DNA of 64,000 bases from Trypanosoma brucei (lineage: Eukaryota), in NCBI GenBank assembly GCA_000002445.1, contig CP000068.1, positions 1,312,001 through 1,376,000 on the forward strand, read 5' to 3'. The number at the start of each line of letters is the position of its first letter. Within the stretch, counting starts at the first letter, position 1. Positions 11,594-23,700 of this stretch are shown here, in pieces. The translations under genes were made by a program, and so were the position numbers. Under the pieces are notes generated by a model. That model made no database searches, had not been told where the DNA came from, and saw only the letters and a list, made by a program, of their open reading frames with translations.

Positions 11594-13333
11594 CTACATC
11601 TCATATGGTATAAAGTGAACCTCGAGCGTCTTCTTCAGGCGGGAAACTTCATCTTCCGAAGAACGAAGCTCCTCTCGGCGCCGCGACTCACAAACACGCA
11701 AATCCTCCCGGAGTGCGTCAATTACCTCCTCTTGGTTGAAAATGCGGGCCTTCAGTTGTGTTTCAGTTTCAAGAGCCAGCTGCTCCCGCACCTCCATTTC
11801 GCGCGTCAGTTCAGAGATCTTCTCGGATAATATTGCTATCGTTCCCTCATGCGTCTCCACCTCCCCCTCGATCGTATTCCTGTGGGGGATGAAGTGCGCG
11901 TCAAGGAGGCGGCGCAGTCTCGCGATTTCCCCATCTTTCGCCGCCACTGCTGTATCGAGTGTGTTTTGGCTCCCTTGCAGTGTTGCTTGCAGCTGTAAGT
12001 GTTGTGATTTTAGCACTGCGATGTCTGAAAGAAGTTTCGCCTCCCGTTCTTTTGCCCCGTCCTTACTTTGTGCGACTAGCTGGCGCGCAGTGTCAAGTTC
12101 CCTTTCTTTCTCCTTTGCCTCTTCGGTCGTCCGCGATATTTCGATCTCATAAGCCCTTCGCTCGCTCAGAAGTTTTTGTTGAAGCTGGGAAGTGGCAGTC
12201 CGGTTATTGGCTATTTGGGCGTTAAGAAATGTTATTTTGTCGAAGTTTTCTCGTTCCTTCCGCCGCAACAAATGCTCAAGTTCCTCCATTCGTCTTTGAT
12301 TGCTCTCAAGCTCAACGAACGTGGCCTCCAACTCCTTTTCGAGTTTCTCCCTCTCGTTCTGCATCTCCTCGTTTTCCACAGCACGTTTTTCGTGGATGGT
12401 TTGTAGCTCTCCAGAGAGGTACTGCGAATCATGCTTGACTTGTTCCAATTGCTGCTTATAATCACGTAACACCACATCTGAGTTCATTTTTATGTCAGTG
12501 TTCTCTTTCTTCAATGCTTCTACCTCATCCTCGAACCGAGAGCACTTTGCCTCTAGCTGAAGGTACTTTTCCCTTTCGATGCTTGCCTGCCGCTGTTCCT
12601 CCTCAAGTTGCTCTTCGTAACGGCGTTTGTTTTCTTCAATTTGCGCATTGAGCATCTGCATCAAGGCGACATTTTTCCTGTCATCTGCCTCCCGTGTTTC
12701 TACAACCTCCTGCATCGAACGGTTCATCGATATTGCCTTTTCGAGTTCCCGTTGCAAACCAGCAATCGTCAACGCATGACTGCGTATCTCCCCCTCCTTC
12801 TCGTCCATACGCGCCTCCATTTTTATTCGGTACTCCGAATGATCCTCCTTCGCAACGCGCAGTTCTACACGGAGATTCTCATTATCGCACTCGATTGAAC
12901 TGATTGTTTTTTCAGTTTCTGCACGAAGATTGTTCAATTGCAACTCCGCTGTGTGCTTTTCCTGTACGAGAAGTTTCTGTTTCTCCTCCACCTCCAATCG
13001 CAACAGACCCACCTCATTCAGCAATGTGTCACGCATGAGCACTAATTGCTCAACCTGGACCTCGGATGCCATACGCTCCTCCCTTAACGTAGCAGTCAGT
13101 TGCTCCACCTTGGCCATGAGCTCCTTCACTTTTCCTTCCTTCTCACGGAGAATTCGAACCTGTTCCTCCTTCCACAGAGTTATGCGTTCCTCCTGCTCCT
13201 CTCGGTCACGGCGCTCATTCTCACGCTTCTGGATTTCCTCCCCCTCGGCTTCTTGTGCGCGGAGCTGTTGCATGCGGAGAATCTCCGCACTCACCTCCTT
13301 GTTACCCTTCTTCCTTCCCCTCTTCGGAGCCAT
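11594..13333 (-). CDS. hypothetical long coiled-coil protein
   Basis: The 579-aa ORF starts MAPKRGRKKGNK. It is almost entirely charged heptad repeats rich in E, K, R, L and Q, with no globular domain that I recognise. Confidence 0.6.
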   Translation of the reverse strand: MAPKRGRKKGNKEVSAEILRMQQLRAQEAEGEEIQKRENERRDREEQEERITLWKEEQVRILREKEGKVKELMAKVEQLTATLREERMASEVQVEQLVLMRDTLLNEVGLLRLEVEEKQKLLVQEKHTAELQLNNLRAETEKTISSIECDNENLRVELRVAKEDHSEYRIKMEARMDEKEGEIRSHALTIAGLQRELEKAISMNRSMQEVVETREADDRKNVALMQMLNAQIEENKRRYEEQLEEEQRQASIEREKYLQLEAKCSRFEDEVEALKKENTDIKMNSDVVLRDYKQQLEQVKHDSQYLSGELQTIHEKRAVENEEMQNEREKLEKELEATFVELESNQRRMEELEHLLRRKERENFDKITFLNAQIANNRTATSQLQQKLLSERRAYEIEISRTTEEAKEKERELDTARQLVAQSKDGAKEREAKLLSDIAVLKSQHLQLQATLQGSQNTLDTAVAAKDGEIARLRRLLDAHFIPHRNTIEGEVETHEGTIAILSEKISELTREMEVREQLALETETQLKARIFNQEEVIDALREDLRVCESRRREELRSSEDEVSRLKKTLEVHFIPYEM

Positions 13334-13641
13334 GTTTTCTCACCTTTGATCACTCTACTGAACCTAATAAATCCCGTAAGTAGCGGTAAAACTAACATGT
13401 TAGTGGGGTTAACGCAACAGCAGAACAGAGACGTGGCTATATGCCAGGATCAGGCAACGGCAACGTGTGGCGCCGCACCATACCGAATAGGTTTGTAATA
13501 AACGAAAACAAAAACGCAACCCATTTATCTCTGGAAACGGGCCGTCAACCAGAGAGTGCAAGGGTTAGAAAGGGCATCCCCAAAATATATCTATGGAAAA
13601 AGTTTGCATCGGTTTCGGAGTCACATAGCAACGGGTACACA

Positions 13642-14067
13642 CTAACCAAATACCCTTTGCGCAGACAATTCGGTTGGAAGTGAAGGGGTTTGAATTCCAT
13701 GAGGCCGACGGGCGCCAAACACGCACTGAAACATATCACCAACGTCTTGTTTTCGAACCTGTGTCACGACAAGCCGAAGTCGAGCGAGTGTCTCAAGTAA
13801 ACTAATGTACGTAAAGGAAGAGCAGTGTACACCAGTCACCTCTATGTAATCAACTAATCTATTTATATCCGTGCACAACCTACGCACATCAGCCTCGAAG
13901 GCACCAACACTACAGTATCCCTCTATCCCATCAACTATAGCCTCTATTTTGCTGTTAACTGTCGAAACGCGCTCTGTTGTGGAAATACCAGCGATCGACG
14001 AAGGCCACGAGAAACAGCTTTTGCCGAAACTCCAAGTGGCATCTCGTTTTGACATCAGTACCATCAC
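13642..14067 (-). CDS. hypothetical protein
   Basis: The 141-aa ORF has spacing of about 300 bp on each side that fits the minus-strand array. No motif is recognised. Confidence 0.3.
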   Translation of the reverse strand: MMVLMSKRDATWSFGKSCFSWPSSIAGISTTERVSTVNSKIEAIVDGIEGYCSVGAFEADVRRLCTDINRLVDYIEVTGVHCSSFTYISLLETLARLRLVVTQVRKQDVGDMFQCVFGARRPHGIQTPSLPTELSAQRVFG

Positions 14068-14343
14068 CTCGCAAAAACGAAAAAGAGAGAAACTGGTGGG
14101 CAGTACAAGCGAAAACGTAGTTAGTTATAGGGAGCTTGTGTAAAGGGTAATGGGGAAAGTCCAATAGGGGAAGCACAACAAACCACAGCGCGCCCCCACC
14201 TGACCAGCAACACTTGACACACTGTATAGGAAAAGTGAAATAGCTCCACGCACCCCATAGTTGTGACGACATTTAAAAACGCCAACAAAAATATCATTGA
14301 TAATAATGAAAAAGTTAGCCAGTGAACAGCGACCTGAATATAA

Positions 14344-14928
14344 CTAAGAATTTTGAAGGTACTGTGATATCCATCTGAAGGCATCACCATAACCAACTTT
14401 CTTGACAACACTGCACATAAACACTTCAAGGGGTCTCACAGCAGGGTCAGTCACCTTGTTTTGCTTACCGGTGGAAAGTCCTGTTAACCCCATGGCTGTA
14501 ATAAGGTGATCCTCTGATACAGCACGTGGTAAATCGATTTTGTTTCCAAGAATAATAAACGGCGTCTTGGCAAGCTCTTCTGTTTGCAAAAGCATGTCAA
14601 GTTCTTGCTTCGCCTCTTGGAAGCGCTCAGGGTTGGCAGCATCCACAATGAAAACGACACCGTCCACTTTAGTGAAGTAATCCTTCCATAGGCGACGCGC
14701 TTCCAGATGGCCACCCATATCAATAGTCTTGAGCTTAATTCCACCGAGGGTAAGTTCCTCGACGTTTGGGTGGAAGGTGGGCCTGTGAACATGCACCTGG
14801 TCAGTAGCAAGCTTTCCAAGTAGTGTCGTCTTCCCGGCATTATCAAGCCCAAGAAACAAAATTTTGCCTGTCTTATTTGTGAAGCCAAGGAAGGACAGCA
14901 TGTCCCAAAACCACGAAAACAGCCCCAT
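14344..14928 (-). CDS. SAR1: Small COPII GTPase SAR1
   Basis: The internal Met gives MGLFSWFWDMLSFLGF, with cat at 14926-14928. It has the P-loop GLDNAGKTTLL, switch II DMGGH and NKID. The amphipathic N-terminal helix is typical of SAR1. The protein is about 194 aa. The upstream 48 codons of the six-frame ORF are unlikely to be coding. Confidence 0.9.
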   Translation of the reverse strand: MGLFSWFWDMLSFLGFTNKTGKILFLGLDNAGKTTLLGKLATDQVHVHRPTFHPNVEELTLGGIKLKTIDMGGHLEARRLWKDYFTKVDGVVFIVDAANPERFQEAKQELDMLLQTEELAKTPFIILGNKIDLPRAVSEDHLITAMGLTGLSTGKQNKVTDPAVRPLEVFMCSVVKKVGYGDAFRWISQYLQNS

Positions 14929-15156
14929 AGCCCCTACAACTCTGATAATAAGATGTGCAGTCGAAAGAAACACTAAAGGATACAACGAGATAGGGGAGAG
15001 AAAGTCTGTGTGGAAAGAATGCAGGAAGAGGCAACAGTGAGTAACAAGAGAGCCGGTAGGATCTGCAACCACTAAAGGGGTACACGCTGCCTATAAGGCG
15101 AGGCAAGCACTGTAGCAGAAAAAAGATTAAAATGCAGACGAATTTATATATAAAGA

Positions 15157-15576
15157 TCACTTTTTAAACTTCGATCGACCCTTAGGTCGCGGTCTATGTG
15201 GGCTGCACCAAGGCCGTTCGTTTTCGCTATCCCACTGCCGAGACAGTGTCAGTAGTTTGTGCTCCGAATTCATTACCGATTCCATATTCGCAAATTCTTT
15301 CATACGCACACCCTCGCAACATGTATGAAAGTGGTCCCTTTGGGAACGGGGAACAAACAGCGTTCGATTGCATAAGTGACATCGCTTTAGCAAAACATGT
15401 TTCGCCTTCAAAAGACGAGTTGGATCGTCTGGGTTCTCCTTTCTATATTTCCCCCTAAAATATCTCGGGTTGACCATCTGCGGTCGGCCGTTCAGAGCTA
15501 ATCCTGAGGGTCTGTTTTTCCACGGATTAAAGGCGGTGACATTAGCATGAGAAAAAAATTTATTTAACCTGAGCAT
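15157..15576 (-). CDS. hypothetical basic protein with a Cys/His cluster, possibly a zinc ribbon
   Basis: The 139-aa ORF is Lys/Arg-rich. It has CHLCN...HFHTCCEG, which is suggestive of a zinc-binding knuckle. Its position fits the array. No secure family assignment. Confidence 0.4.
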   Translation of the reverse strand: MLRLNKFFSHANVTAFNPWKNRPSGLALNGRPQMVNPRYFRGKYRKENPDDPTRLLKAKHVLLKRCHLCNRTLFVPRSQRDHFHTCCEGVRMKEFANMESVMNSEHKLLTLSRQWDSENERPWCSPHRPRPKGRSKFKK

Positions 15577-15860
15577 CTACCCTGGATCAAGCATTCGCAC
15601 TACATTATGCACAATACACATATGAGATGGAAAGAATTGTTATTAAAACTAATAATAACAGTAAAGTGGGTACAAGGAGGGAAGTGCGCACATAGAAAAA
15701 TACAACAATAAAGCTTCAAGAGAATAAAAAGATTAAACCAAAAACAAATAATCGGTGATGATATAAACTGGAAAAAACGTACACATCTATTTGACCTTTG
15801 CACCACTGCCGCTGTCATCTAATCTAAAAAATAAACGCGGTAACATTCAATAAAGTTTCA

Positions 15861-18641
15861 CTAATTCGATCTTTGCCTCTTTGCACCACAATTTCCCTCG
15901 TCACAGAGGTTTGAAATCAGGTTTGGTTCCCTCACACTTACTCTGCACAACGCAACTTCCATCTGTTGTATTTTCGCCTTGTCAACGGCTGTGATTTGTG
16001 CACCGGACTTTCTTGACATATCCTCTAGCATCCCCTTAAGTTGTTCAAAGCTCTTGATCCAGTAATTCACTTCTTCGTTGGCTCGATGTATCGCCTTCAT
16101 TGCCCAATCCTTTTCTTTAGCTCTGAAACATTCCGTTTCTTCGCGTTTAGCCTTTACTGCTTCCAGAGCCTTCTTATACTCTCCTTTGCGGGAAATTTCG
16201 TAGTCAAGCTTACTTCGGAGCTTCTGGGTTCTCTGCTCCAACTCGTCAACGTTACGCTTTTCAGTATCTAGTAAGCGGGAAAGCTCTCTCACCTGATCGT
16301 CTTTCTTCTGAATATCGGCAGCGTGCTGCCGCGATAGATCACTAATCTTCTCCATGAGGTTTTCACTGTTCTTTTCAGCTTTCTCCTTTTCATTCTCAGC
16401 GACGTTAATTTTCCTCGTAAGACCTTCCCTCTGCTCTACAAGAAGTTTCTCACTTCCCTCAACACGTGATTCGATTTCCCTCAACTTGAGCTCAAGGTGA
16501 GAACACATGTCCTCGGCGTTTCTTCGCACCTTTTCCAGGTGACTTAGTCTGCGCAGCAGTTCGTCGTTCTTGTTCGTGTATAACACACGATATTCCTCTG
16601 CCACAGCAAGCGTTTTCTCAACTGTCAGTGCGCTATATTGGTCAACAATATCTACAAAAAAACGTGAGAAGTGTTCTAACCAATTCGCCATCCACTGTGA
16701 CAATCTCATTCGGTCTTCAGAGTACAAAGTAGCCTCACGCAAAAGGTTTTCTGTTTCGATGAGTTTGTCAGAAAGAACCTTTTGGTTAGCGGTGCGGTCT
16801 TCATTATTGATATTCTCCCTTTCAATTTCTTTCCCCAGGAGAAAAAGTTGTTCTTTATCTCGTCGTGCACCCTCTTGGAGGTCTAGAATTTCTGCCTCCT
16901 TCGTCCTTAGTTCCTCAACCAATTCCTCTTTTCCCCGTATCAACGTACTTCTTTCAGCTTCCAAACGCAGCCGCGCCTCTGATAGACGTAATATCTCCGT
17001 ATCTTTTTGATGAGTCAACTCCTCAACTTTCTTTTTTAGTAAGTTTGTCTCCTCGTAGAAATGTGTCACTGCAGTATCGATATTGACGACAAGAATGCCG
17101 TGAATATCAAGGTTTTCATCAGCAGACTCTTTAGACAGACTCCACCTGGCAGCCTGTTCTTCGAGCTCAAGCACCTTTACCTGAAGCATGAAGTTATTCA
17201 GCTGCATTTCTTCAGTGGCAGAACGTAGCTGGGTAGAAAATTCAGAACTCTGCATAACCTTGCGATAGAGGTCCTCATTTCTTGCATTAGCTTCACCTAA
17301 CTGACCTGTCAACTTGTCAATTACCCCTCGTCTGGCGTCAATTTCAGACGTAAGATCTTTCGCCTCACGGCGCAGAGAATCAATTTTTTCTTCGTAATCC
17401 ACCCGCATGAGTACCAAATTTTCGTCCTTCGTATCCTGCATACTCTTCACTCGCTGGAATTCGGTCTCCAAGAAACTTTTTGCACTAACGACGCTCTCCA
17501 AATCCATCCTTGTTCGTTCGAGCGCACTTCGAAGCTCTTGAAGATTACTTTCCAATATTGCGGCTCTTCGGCTGCTATCGGTACGTTCTTGTTCAAGACG
17601 GTTCACATCAGCCTTCAGTTGACTGACAGACAGTTCATACTTCCGAGACTCAGCGCACTTCTCTATCACCTGATCGTTTAGCGCCGAAATCTTCGACCTC
17701 AATTCTACAATAACTTCTTGGTGTTTGGAAGAATTTTCAGAAGCATGCTCAAAATCACGACGCATTGTTTCCAGCTCCATCATAAGCAGCTTGTTTCCTT
17801 TTTCGGATTCTCGTAGGTCACAGTTTGCCTTTTCTACACGACCTTTTTCTTCAATGTTGATCAGTTTTGCCGCCTCGATTTGCTGGTTCAGTGTGGAGAC
17901 GGTGTTTTGCAGCTTCTCAATCGTGCTCTTCTGCATTCCTAACTGTACTTCGAGAGACTTTATCTCGTTGTCTTTCACATGACAAACCTCTTCCCACTTG
18001 GATTTTGCTTCCTCCAACTTGAAAACAGTTTCGTCGCGCGTATGCACATCGTTCTGCAATGCCTCGATACGGGAATGTAACAAAGTTATCTTCTTTTCCC
18101 CCTCGTGCGATAATGACTCCAATTTTGTTGTGTGGTCCTTCTCCCTCTGTAACTGCTTCTGAACTTCCTTCAGTGTGACGTTCAACTCCTTGAATTCATC
18201 CGCTAACTTCGAATAAGCAGTCCTTGATTCTTCAAGTTGTCTCTGAATGGTTTCGTTCTCGGTGATCCATTGTTTCTCTGCGTCGCACCACTTGGCTATA
18301 GAAGCATGAGCGTCACGACGAATTTGCTCCTTCTCACATTCAGCCCTAGCCGCGCGCTTCTGCTCAGCAACCAATGCAGATTGTTTTTCGGATAAGTCCT
18401 TTTGCAGGGTGTGACACCTCTCCTCTAATTTTCCCCGCTTCTTGTCGTCGTCCGTATGCATTAACTTTTCTCTACGTAGCTCAGCTTTGTCTTGTTCGAG
18501 AGTAGCTATCTGTGCTTGTTGTAACTTAACTTTTTCCTCAAGCTCACGAGTGTAAGCTTTCTCACGCTGCAGCTGAAACTCCAAATGTTTTTGGGTCCCT
18601 TTTAGCCCCTGTCTGGAATCACCTTTCGCAGGAGACTCCAT
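15861..18641 (-). CDS. hypothetical long coiled-coil protein
   Basis: The 926-aa ORF starts MESPAKGDSRQ. It is continuous heptad coiled-coil rich in E, K, L, Q and R, typical of kinetoplastid cytoskeletal or flagellar proteins. No enzymatic motif. Confidence 0.65.
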   Translation of the reverse strand: MESPAKGDSRQGLKGTQKHLEFQLQREKAYTRELEEKVKLQQAQIATLEQDKAELRREKLMHTDDDKKRGKLEERCHTLQKDLSEKQSALVAEQKRAARAECEKEQIRRDAHASIAKWCDAEKQWITENETIQRQLEESRTAYSKLADEFKELNVTLKEVQKQLQREKDHTTKLESLSHEGEKKITLLHSRIEALQNDVHTRDETVFKLEEAKSKWEEVCHVKDNEIKSLEVQLGMQKSTIEKLQNTVSTLNQQIEAAKLINIEEKGRVEKANCDLRESEKGNKLLMMELETMRRDFEHASENSSKHQEVIVELRSKISALNDQVIEKCAESRKYELSVSQLKADVNRLEQERTDSSRRAAILESNLQELRSALERTRMDLESVVSAKSFLETEFQRVKSMQDTKDENLVLMRVDYEEKIDSLRREAKDLTSEIDARRGVIDKLTGQLGEANARNEDLYRKVMQSSEFSTQLRSATEEMQLNNFMLQVKVLELEEQAARWSLSKESADENLDIHGILVVNIDTAVTHFYEETNLLKKKVEELTHQKDTEILRLSEARLRLEAERSTLIRGKEELVEELRTKEAEILDLQEGARRDKEQLFLLGKEIERENINNEDRTANQKVLSDKLIETENLLREATLYSEDRMRLSQWMANWLEHFSRFFVDIVDQYSALTVEKTLAVAEEYRVLYTNKNDELLRRLSHLEKVRRNAEDMCSHLELKLREIESRVEGSEKLLVEQREGLTRKINVAENEKEKAEKNSENLMEKISDLSRQHAADIQKKDDQVRELSRLLDTEKRNVDELEQRTQKLRSKLDYEISRKGEYKKALEAVKAKREETECFRAKEKDWAMKAIHRANEEVNYWIKSFEQLKGMLEDMSRKSGAQITAVDKAKIQQMEVALCRVSVREPNLISNLCDEGNCGAKRQRSN

Positions 18642-18879
18642 CGACTGAAACAGAAACTACAGCCAGAAAGTAGAAATAATAATAATAATAATTTCGAAAA
18701 CAGCGAGAACGTCCAACGCAATGGGTAAATAATAGAAGGACGGCAAAAACAGTTGTGCATCCCTTCAACATAAAAAAGAGAAGAGAAACACATCACACAT
18801 ACTGAGTGTGATTTAATTAGGTGTTAATATTACGACGCACAAAAGAGGCCACTTCCACTTGGATTTTAGTCACAAAGTC

Positions 18880-19644
18880 TCATTGTGGTTTTTTTTCTAT
18901 AGCACAACCTTTTCCCCTCGAATTCATGTAAAAATTTAAAAACAAAACCAGAAGTGAGGCATTGTACAATAATTGCAGCAGGTTCCACCCTAAAGTAAAC
19001 TGAGTGTCAAGTAACGTGACCAAAATAGCATGAAGAATACAAAGAGAAAACTGCAACATTTGAATCTTGGTTAGCAGAAATTTAAACGGATTCCTATACC
19101 CCAAAGATGTCCAGAGGTAGTGTGAATACATCAAAAAATGAACGGAAGAATTTATCCAAGTCCCAAAAAACGCCGTCCCGTTTGCAAGTCCGTTTCTCAA
19201 CAAAATTCCCCAAATAAGACCAATCGTACAGTGATGATATACGTGCAAGAACGACAGTTGATCCTCTTTTTTCTTGCAAAGTATGAAAACGGTATCCAGC
19301 ATATCAATGTACTTGCTGCAGTAGTGAACGAACATCCAAAACTCTATATCCGGGCAAAATTTACCACTCAGGTTAAAGACGCCATTTTTCAAAGGCGGTG
19401 ACAGGTTAATCGCCATTGCGGCCGATAGGCATATCTGGAGCACGTTGTAAACGACCAACACCCTACTCATGTTTAAGGCGCGCCTGCCCCGCATAATACT
19501 TCTCATGACAAACACGACAAACAAATAAAGTAAATGTCCCAATACTAACGCGTGCCATGAAACCAAAGGATTAAGATATGGGAAAAAACAGAGAGAACCC
19601 ACTCCCTGACATGCCGAAGCATCTCTGCAGTCCATCATGATCAC
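18880..19644 (-). CDS. ELO: Fatty acid elongase (ELO family)
   Basis: The 254-aa ORF carries all four ELO signature boxes: KYIDMLDT (KxxExxDT), LHVYHH (HxxHH), HFLMYSHY (HxxMYxYY) and TKIQMLQF (TxxQxxQ). It also has multiple TM helices. It is the last gene of the minus-strand array. Confidence 0.85.
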   Translation of the reverse strand: MIMMDCRDASACQGVGSLCFFPYLNPLVSWHALVLGHLLYLFVVFVMRSIMRGRRALNMSRVLVVYNVLQICLSAAMAINLSPPLKNGVFNLSGKFCPDIEFWMFVHYCSKYIDMLDTVFILCKKKEDQLSFLHVYHHCTIGLIWGILLRNGLANGTAFFGTWINSSVHFLMYSHYLWTSLGYRNPFKFLLTKIQMLQFSLCILHAILVTLLDTQFTLGWNLLQLLYNASLLVLFLNFYMNSRGKGCAIEKKPQ

Positions 19645-20680
19645 TCTTGCTTTTAATTACTATATGGAAAGATGAAGAAACACAATCAAGAAGTTTTATT
19701 CGAACGTTGCCACACGAAAAAAAAACAGGGTAATACATAAAGTAACTTGAACGATACAGCTACAGGCAATCATTAAGAAACTGAGGGAAGTCATTGTCAC
19801 AGCAATACTGTGGGACTTCCGTTCACTCGGAGCTCCAACCTAATGACGGAGACTCCAAGCTGAATCCGACTTCGATAAAATCATTACGACGGCTGCCCCT
19901 GCTACACAAAACAACTGCAAAATAAACTTTCACCATGCGTTGGATAGACACACCTGCATCCATCGATGTCCCCGACGGAAAGAGTCTAAATATCAGCATC
20001 ATGTATATTACCGCGAAAAAAGAAAAATGAGATCACCCCGGCCACATGAACAGAAGTAACCACAGATAACATATGCATCCCTCCGCCTCCTTGAAAACAG
20101 ACAAATCGTGAAACATACAGAAATTACACCAGGAAGCAGATGAACAGAACCACCAATAACGGTCCAGCTATTGTCAGAGTTGCACCACTTTGGTATGTAG
20201 GCATCATGGACCCTAACCCACTGAACGAATGCTACAATGAGTTTGTTATCACCTGCCGTCGACGACCCACTGAGGTTGCAGAATGTTTTAAGTGTCCACC
20301 TAAAGAAATGTTGAAGATTCAAACAAACACAGTGCTCTGATTCATATATTTGAACACGAAAAAAGATAGCGATATAATTAGAACGCCAACAATAGTCCAC
20401 TGTTACCACAATGAATTAGAAGACAACATAGTTTACACACGAGACAAATGCTTACAAACAAGCATATTTAATTAAAGGGCGTTGAGAAATGGGGAGCAGC
20501 AACAAACAATCACATACGAGCAAGCAACGACACTGTTTTGCTGTTTTTGTTTGGAAAAAATACCAACGTGAAGGTATTTCAAAAATGACAACGAAATGGG
20601 CACCAAACCACACGTATCCGCTACCGAAAGTCAAAAATAAGGTAAGGCGCACAATTTACAAGAAAATAAAATAAATAATT

Positions 20681-20720
20681 CACACACACATATATATATA
20701 TATATGTGTGTGTGTATATT
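20681..20720. repeat. (CA)n(TA)n(TG)n compound microsatellite in the strand-switch region
   Basis: cacacacacatatatatatatatatgtgtgtgtgtatat. Confidence 0.9.
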
Positions 20721-23700
20721 GAACTGTGACTCAATTAAAGGGAAATATATACTTTGAAAGACGAAAACACCGACTACTTGTAGCCATTAGCAATAACATA
20801 AATAACAGCGCCCATGACGCTACGCCCTACATCCAAAAGAGCAAGCAAAAAAAACAGTCACAAAAGACTAGTCACATCCAAGAAAGCCGAGTGGTTGTAA
20901 GAAACAACCGAAAATACACAAGCAGGCCTTTGAAGCTCCTCTTTTCAAAAAAAAAAAGGATTAAAGACGACAAGAATCACCAGGGCACACACAAATTGTT
21001 GTGGGGACGCAACCCGCAACCATCCCCCACCGCCACCTTGTGGTAGGAGTTCGCGCCAAAGCCCATCTCACAATATTTGGGAAGTCCAGCAGCTCTCAGG
21101 CGGTCGCTCCTCGACGCAAGACCCACTAACTCCGGTGGAGGCACCGCAGGAAGCCAGAGCGACCACACACACAAACACACAACCCACCACCTTTGGGACG
21201 CATGCCTCACAAGCCGAGGCGGGAGCTACACTAGCATCTCTAGCCTTTGACGCGCCAAACTTCTCCGTCGCACACCCGAGAGCATGTCACCTACACACGA
21301 TAAATAGCGAGGGACCCGCCAAGCAAACCCGCAAGGCCACCACCCAATGAAGAGTTTCAGCGGGCACACGCAGAAGGTCAAAATACCAAGCATGTTGGGA
21401 GGACCCCCGGCCGCGACGGCGTATGCCAACCCCCGCCACTGCGTCCAGACCAATACGCCTCGCGGAATAACGGAACCCAAGCAACTGGGACAAGAGCATA
21501 TATGATGGGGTGCGACTCGCTAGTGCGGGGTCGATTGCGTGGAATGAAAGGACTTCAAGGCGGGACCGAACCTAGACACCACTTCCCCAGATGCCGAACC
21601 TCGAGGATGCACAAGCAATCGTAAACAGGACGGCGACCACTGCTGAAGAACACTTGACTCCAACACTTGGTTATGGACGGATGGAATAACAACAAGTGTA
21701 TGCCCAATACTCCCAATCTTTCGGACAGTGCAGAACGGTGATGAATCACCCAATGGAAATAGAAAAAAAATGGAGAGAAGACTCCGCAAGTCAGCGAAGG
21801 CTATAAGCAGCATGGACGATAGTATAATCCCGACCCCCGGCCACTCCACGAGAACCATTCCTGGGGGAAAAAGCGACGCCGGTCGACGCGAGGCATCAAG
21901 TTCTCAGAATTTAGGATGAGGATAAAGAGGCATTGGGGAAGAAGGAGAAGCAATATCATCGTCATATCGGGGAAAAAACACAATATACGGAACCACCTCA
22001 ACAATCCAAAAGAGACTCATCCGAACATCTAGTGACGGAAGAAGGTTGCTGGGAATAATCGGCCTTAATGCTTGTCATGGGTTTATTGTCAATTCTGTGC
22101 TGCTCGCAAACGGCAAGATGCTGATAGAAGGAGCAGGGGTAGCGACCAACGGCAAATATGCGCCACCAACGACAGACAAAACTCTCAGATGCCCCGGTAA
22201 AGAACGTGCCAGAGGTTGAGAGGACGCGAAACTCAAACCGTTTCACACGCCGGAGCCGATTGTTGCCACAGGAAGATCGAAATTTCCTCCTTCTGCTGAA
22301 GAAAATGGCGTTTGTGGTGTACCAACTAAAGAACATGGAGGTAAACGGGCTAAACCACATGTAAAAACTACTCAACGGGAATCGAAAATACTGGGGAGCG
22401 TTGGGAAAGTGGAAGTGTGAAGCTGTTGAACTGGCGTTAAGGGAAAGCAAGGGGACTGCTGTCATGGCATCGTCAAAAACTAACAGCGCCCACCTGCGCC
22501 AATTACAAAGCAATGCAGTAGTTGGTCCAAAGGAGATTTGTGGATTCTGTTGACCGTTGGTTGCGTATACAAAAGGAAAAGGTTTCTGCGCCAACGTTCG
22601 GCAGCAGAATCCATAACTCAGTTGATTGGAGACGCAACTTCGTACGAACCGAATGTACTCAGCACGGTCAAGCTAACTCTACACTCGTGAGTTTGGACCC
22701 ATGGAGAGTGGTGACGCAATTCGAGTGCCTGAGAAGTTATCTCCTAACCTCCAAATTATGTGGTGGGTAAGAAACTTTCCACCAAACAAGATAGCGAGAG
22801 TCAGTACAAACCAACGAGTTTTGGGGAAATCTCACATGACCGTGCCGTGTGGCAAAAAGAACGGTGTCGGGCTCCATTTTATTCAAAATTATGACGAAGG
22901 GGCTGAGGGATCAACCGGACGGAATACTGGACATACAACGTTGTTTCTTTGTGGACTATATGATACTCGTACGCAGGAACCTGAACGGGTGAAACCTGGA
23001 GGTGCGCTACAACAACCGGTAGGCTACACCACCTCGTGGTTTCAAAGCCGTTTAAAGAGAGATCTGTGCAGAAAACTAAATACATTCCGCCTCTACTGGT
23101 GTTACGAAACCTACTAGGTACTATAGTGGTCAGTGAAAAAGATAGACAAGGCGGAGGCGCCGCATCTGCTGTGTCTCACCCTGCAATCTATCGGAAGAAC
23201 ACCAAAACGAACACAAAGGGTATCTGAGGAGTTAGGTGGGGGTGATGAAACCGTGCGCGGTATCCTCACCCTAGTGGAGCCAAGCGAAAAATTATTAGGG
23301 ACACTCAATTTGGGATTGATGCCAGCACTGCGAAAGCGCTTGAGAAAGACATGGTCAGTCTCCACGACCTCCAAATGATGAAAACACTGAAGGGAGGTCG
23401 CAGGGACGAGTGATGTCAAATGCGTCATGAAGGATGGTGAGGTTCTCCAACTTACGTAGGTTCTTTACCAAACATTACTGTAACGAGGATGAGAGAACCC
23501 TCAAATGTTCGTACAAATGTTTGGGGTGAAGAAACGAGGAAAAAGAGAATACACAAAGACGAATCCATACCGGAAACGGGAGAAAATGAGTATAGAACAT
23601 ATGTTGATAGATCCGCGCACCTCATTCATTGTTTCTTTTTTTGATAAACATGCTTGGGGAAACGGTTCTCGGGCCTAGAATGTGGAAAATTGCACCCCGC

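Noticed and set aside
20008-23428. ORFs of 100-200 aa within the strand-switch region (20008-20409 -, 21998-22594 -, 22701-23117 +, 23114-23428 -)
   Set aside because: The translations are low-complexity or compositionally biased with no motifs. They overlap one another and sit in AC/GT-skewed non-coding sequence. They are most likely spurious.
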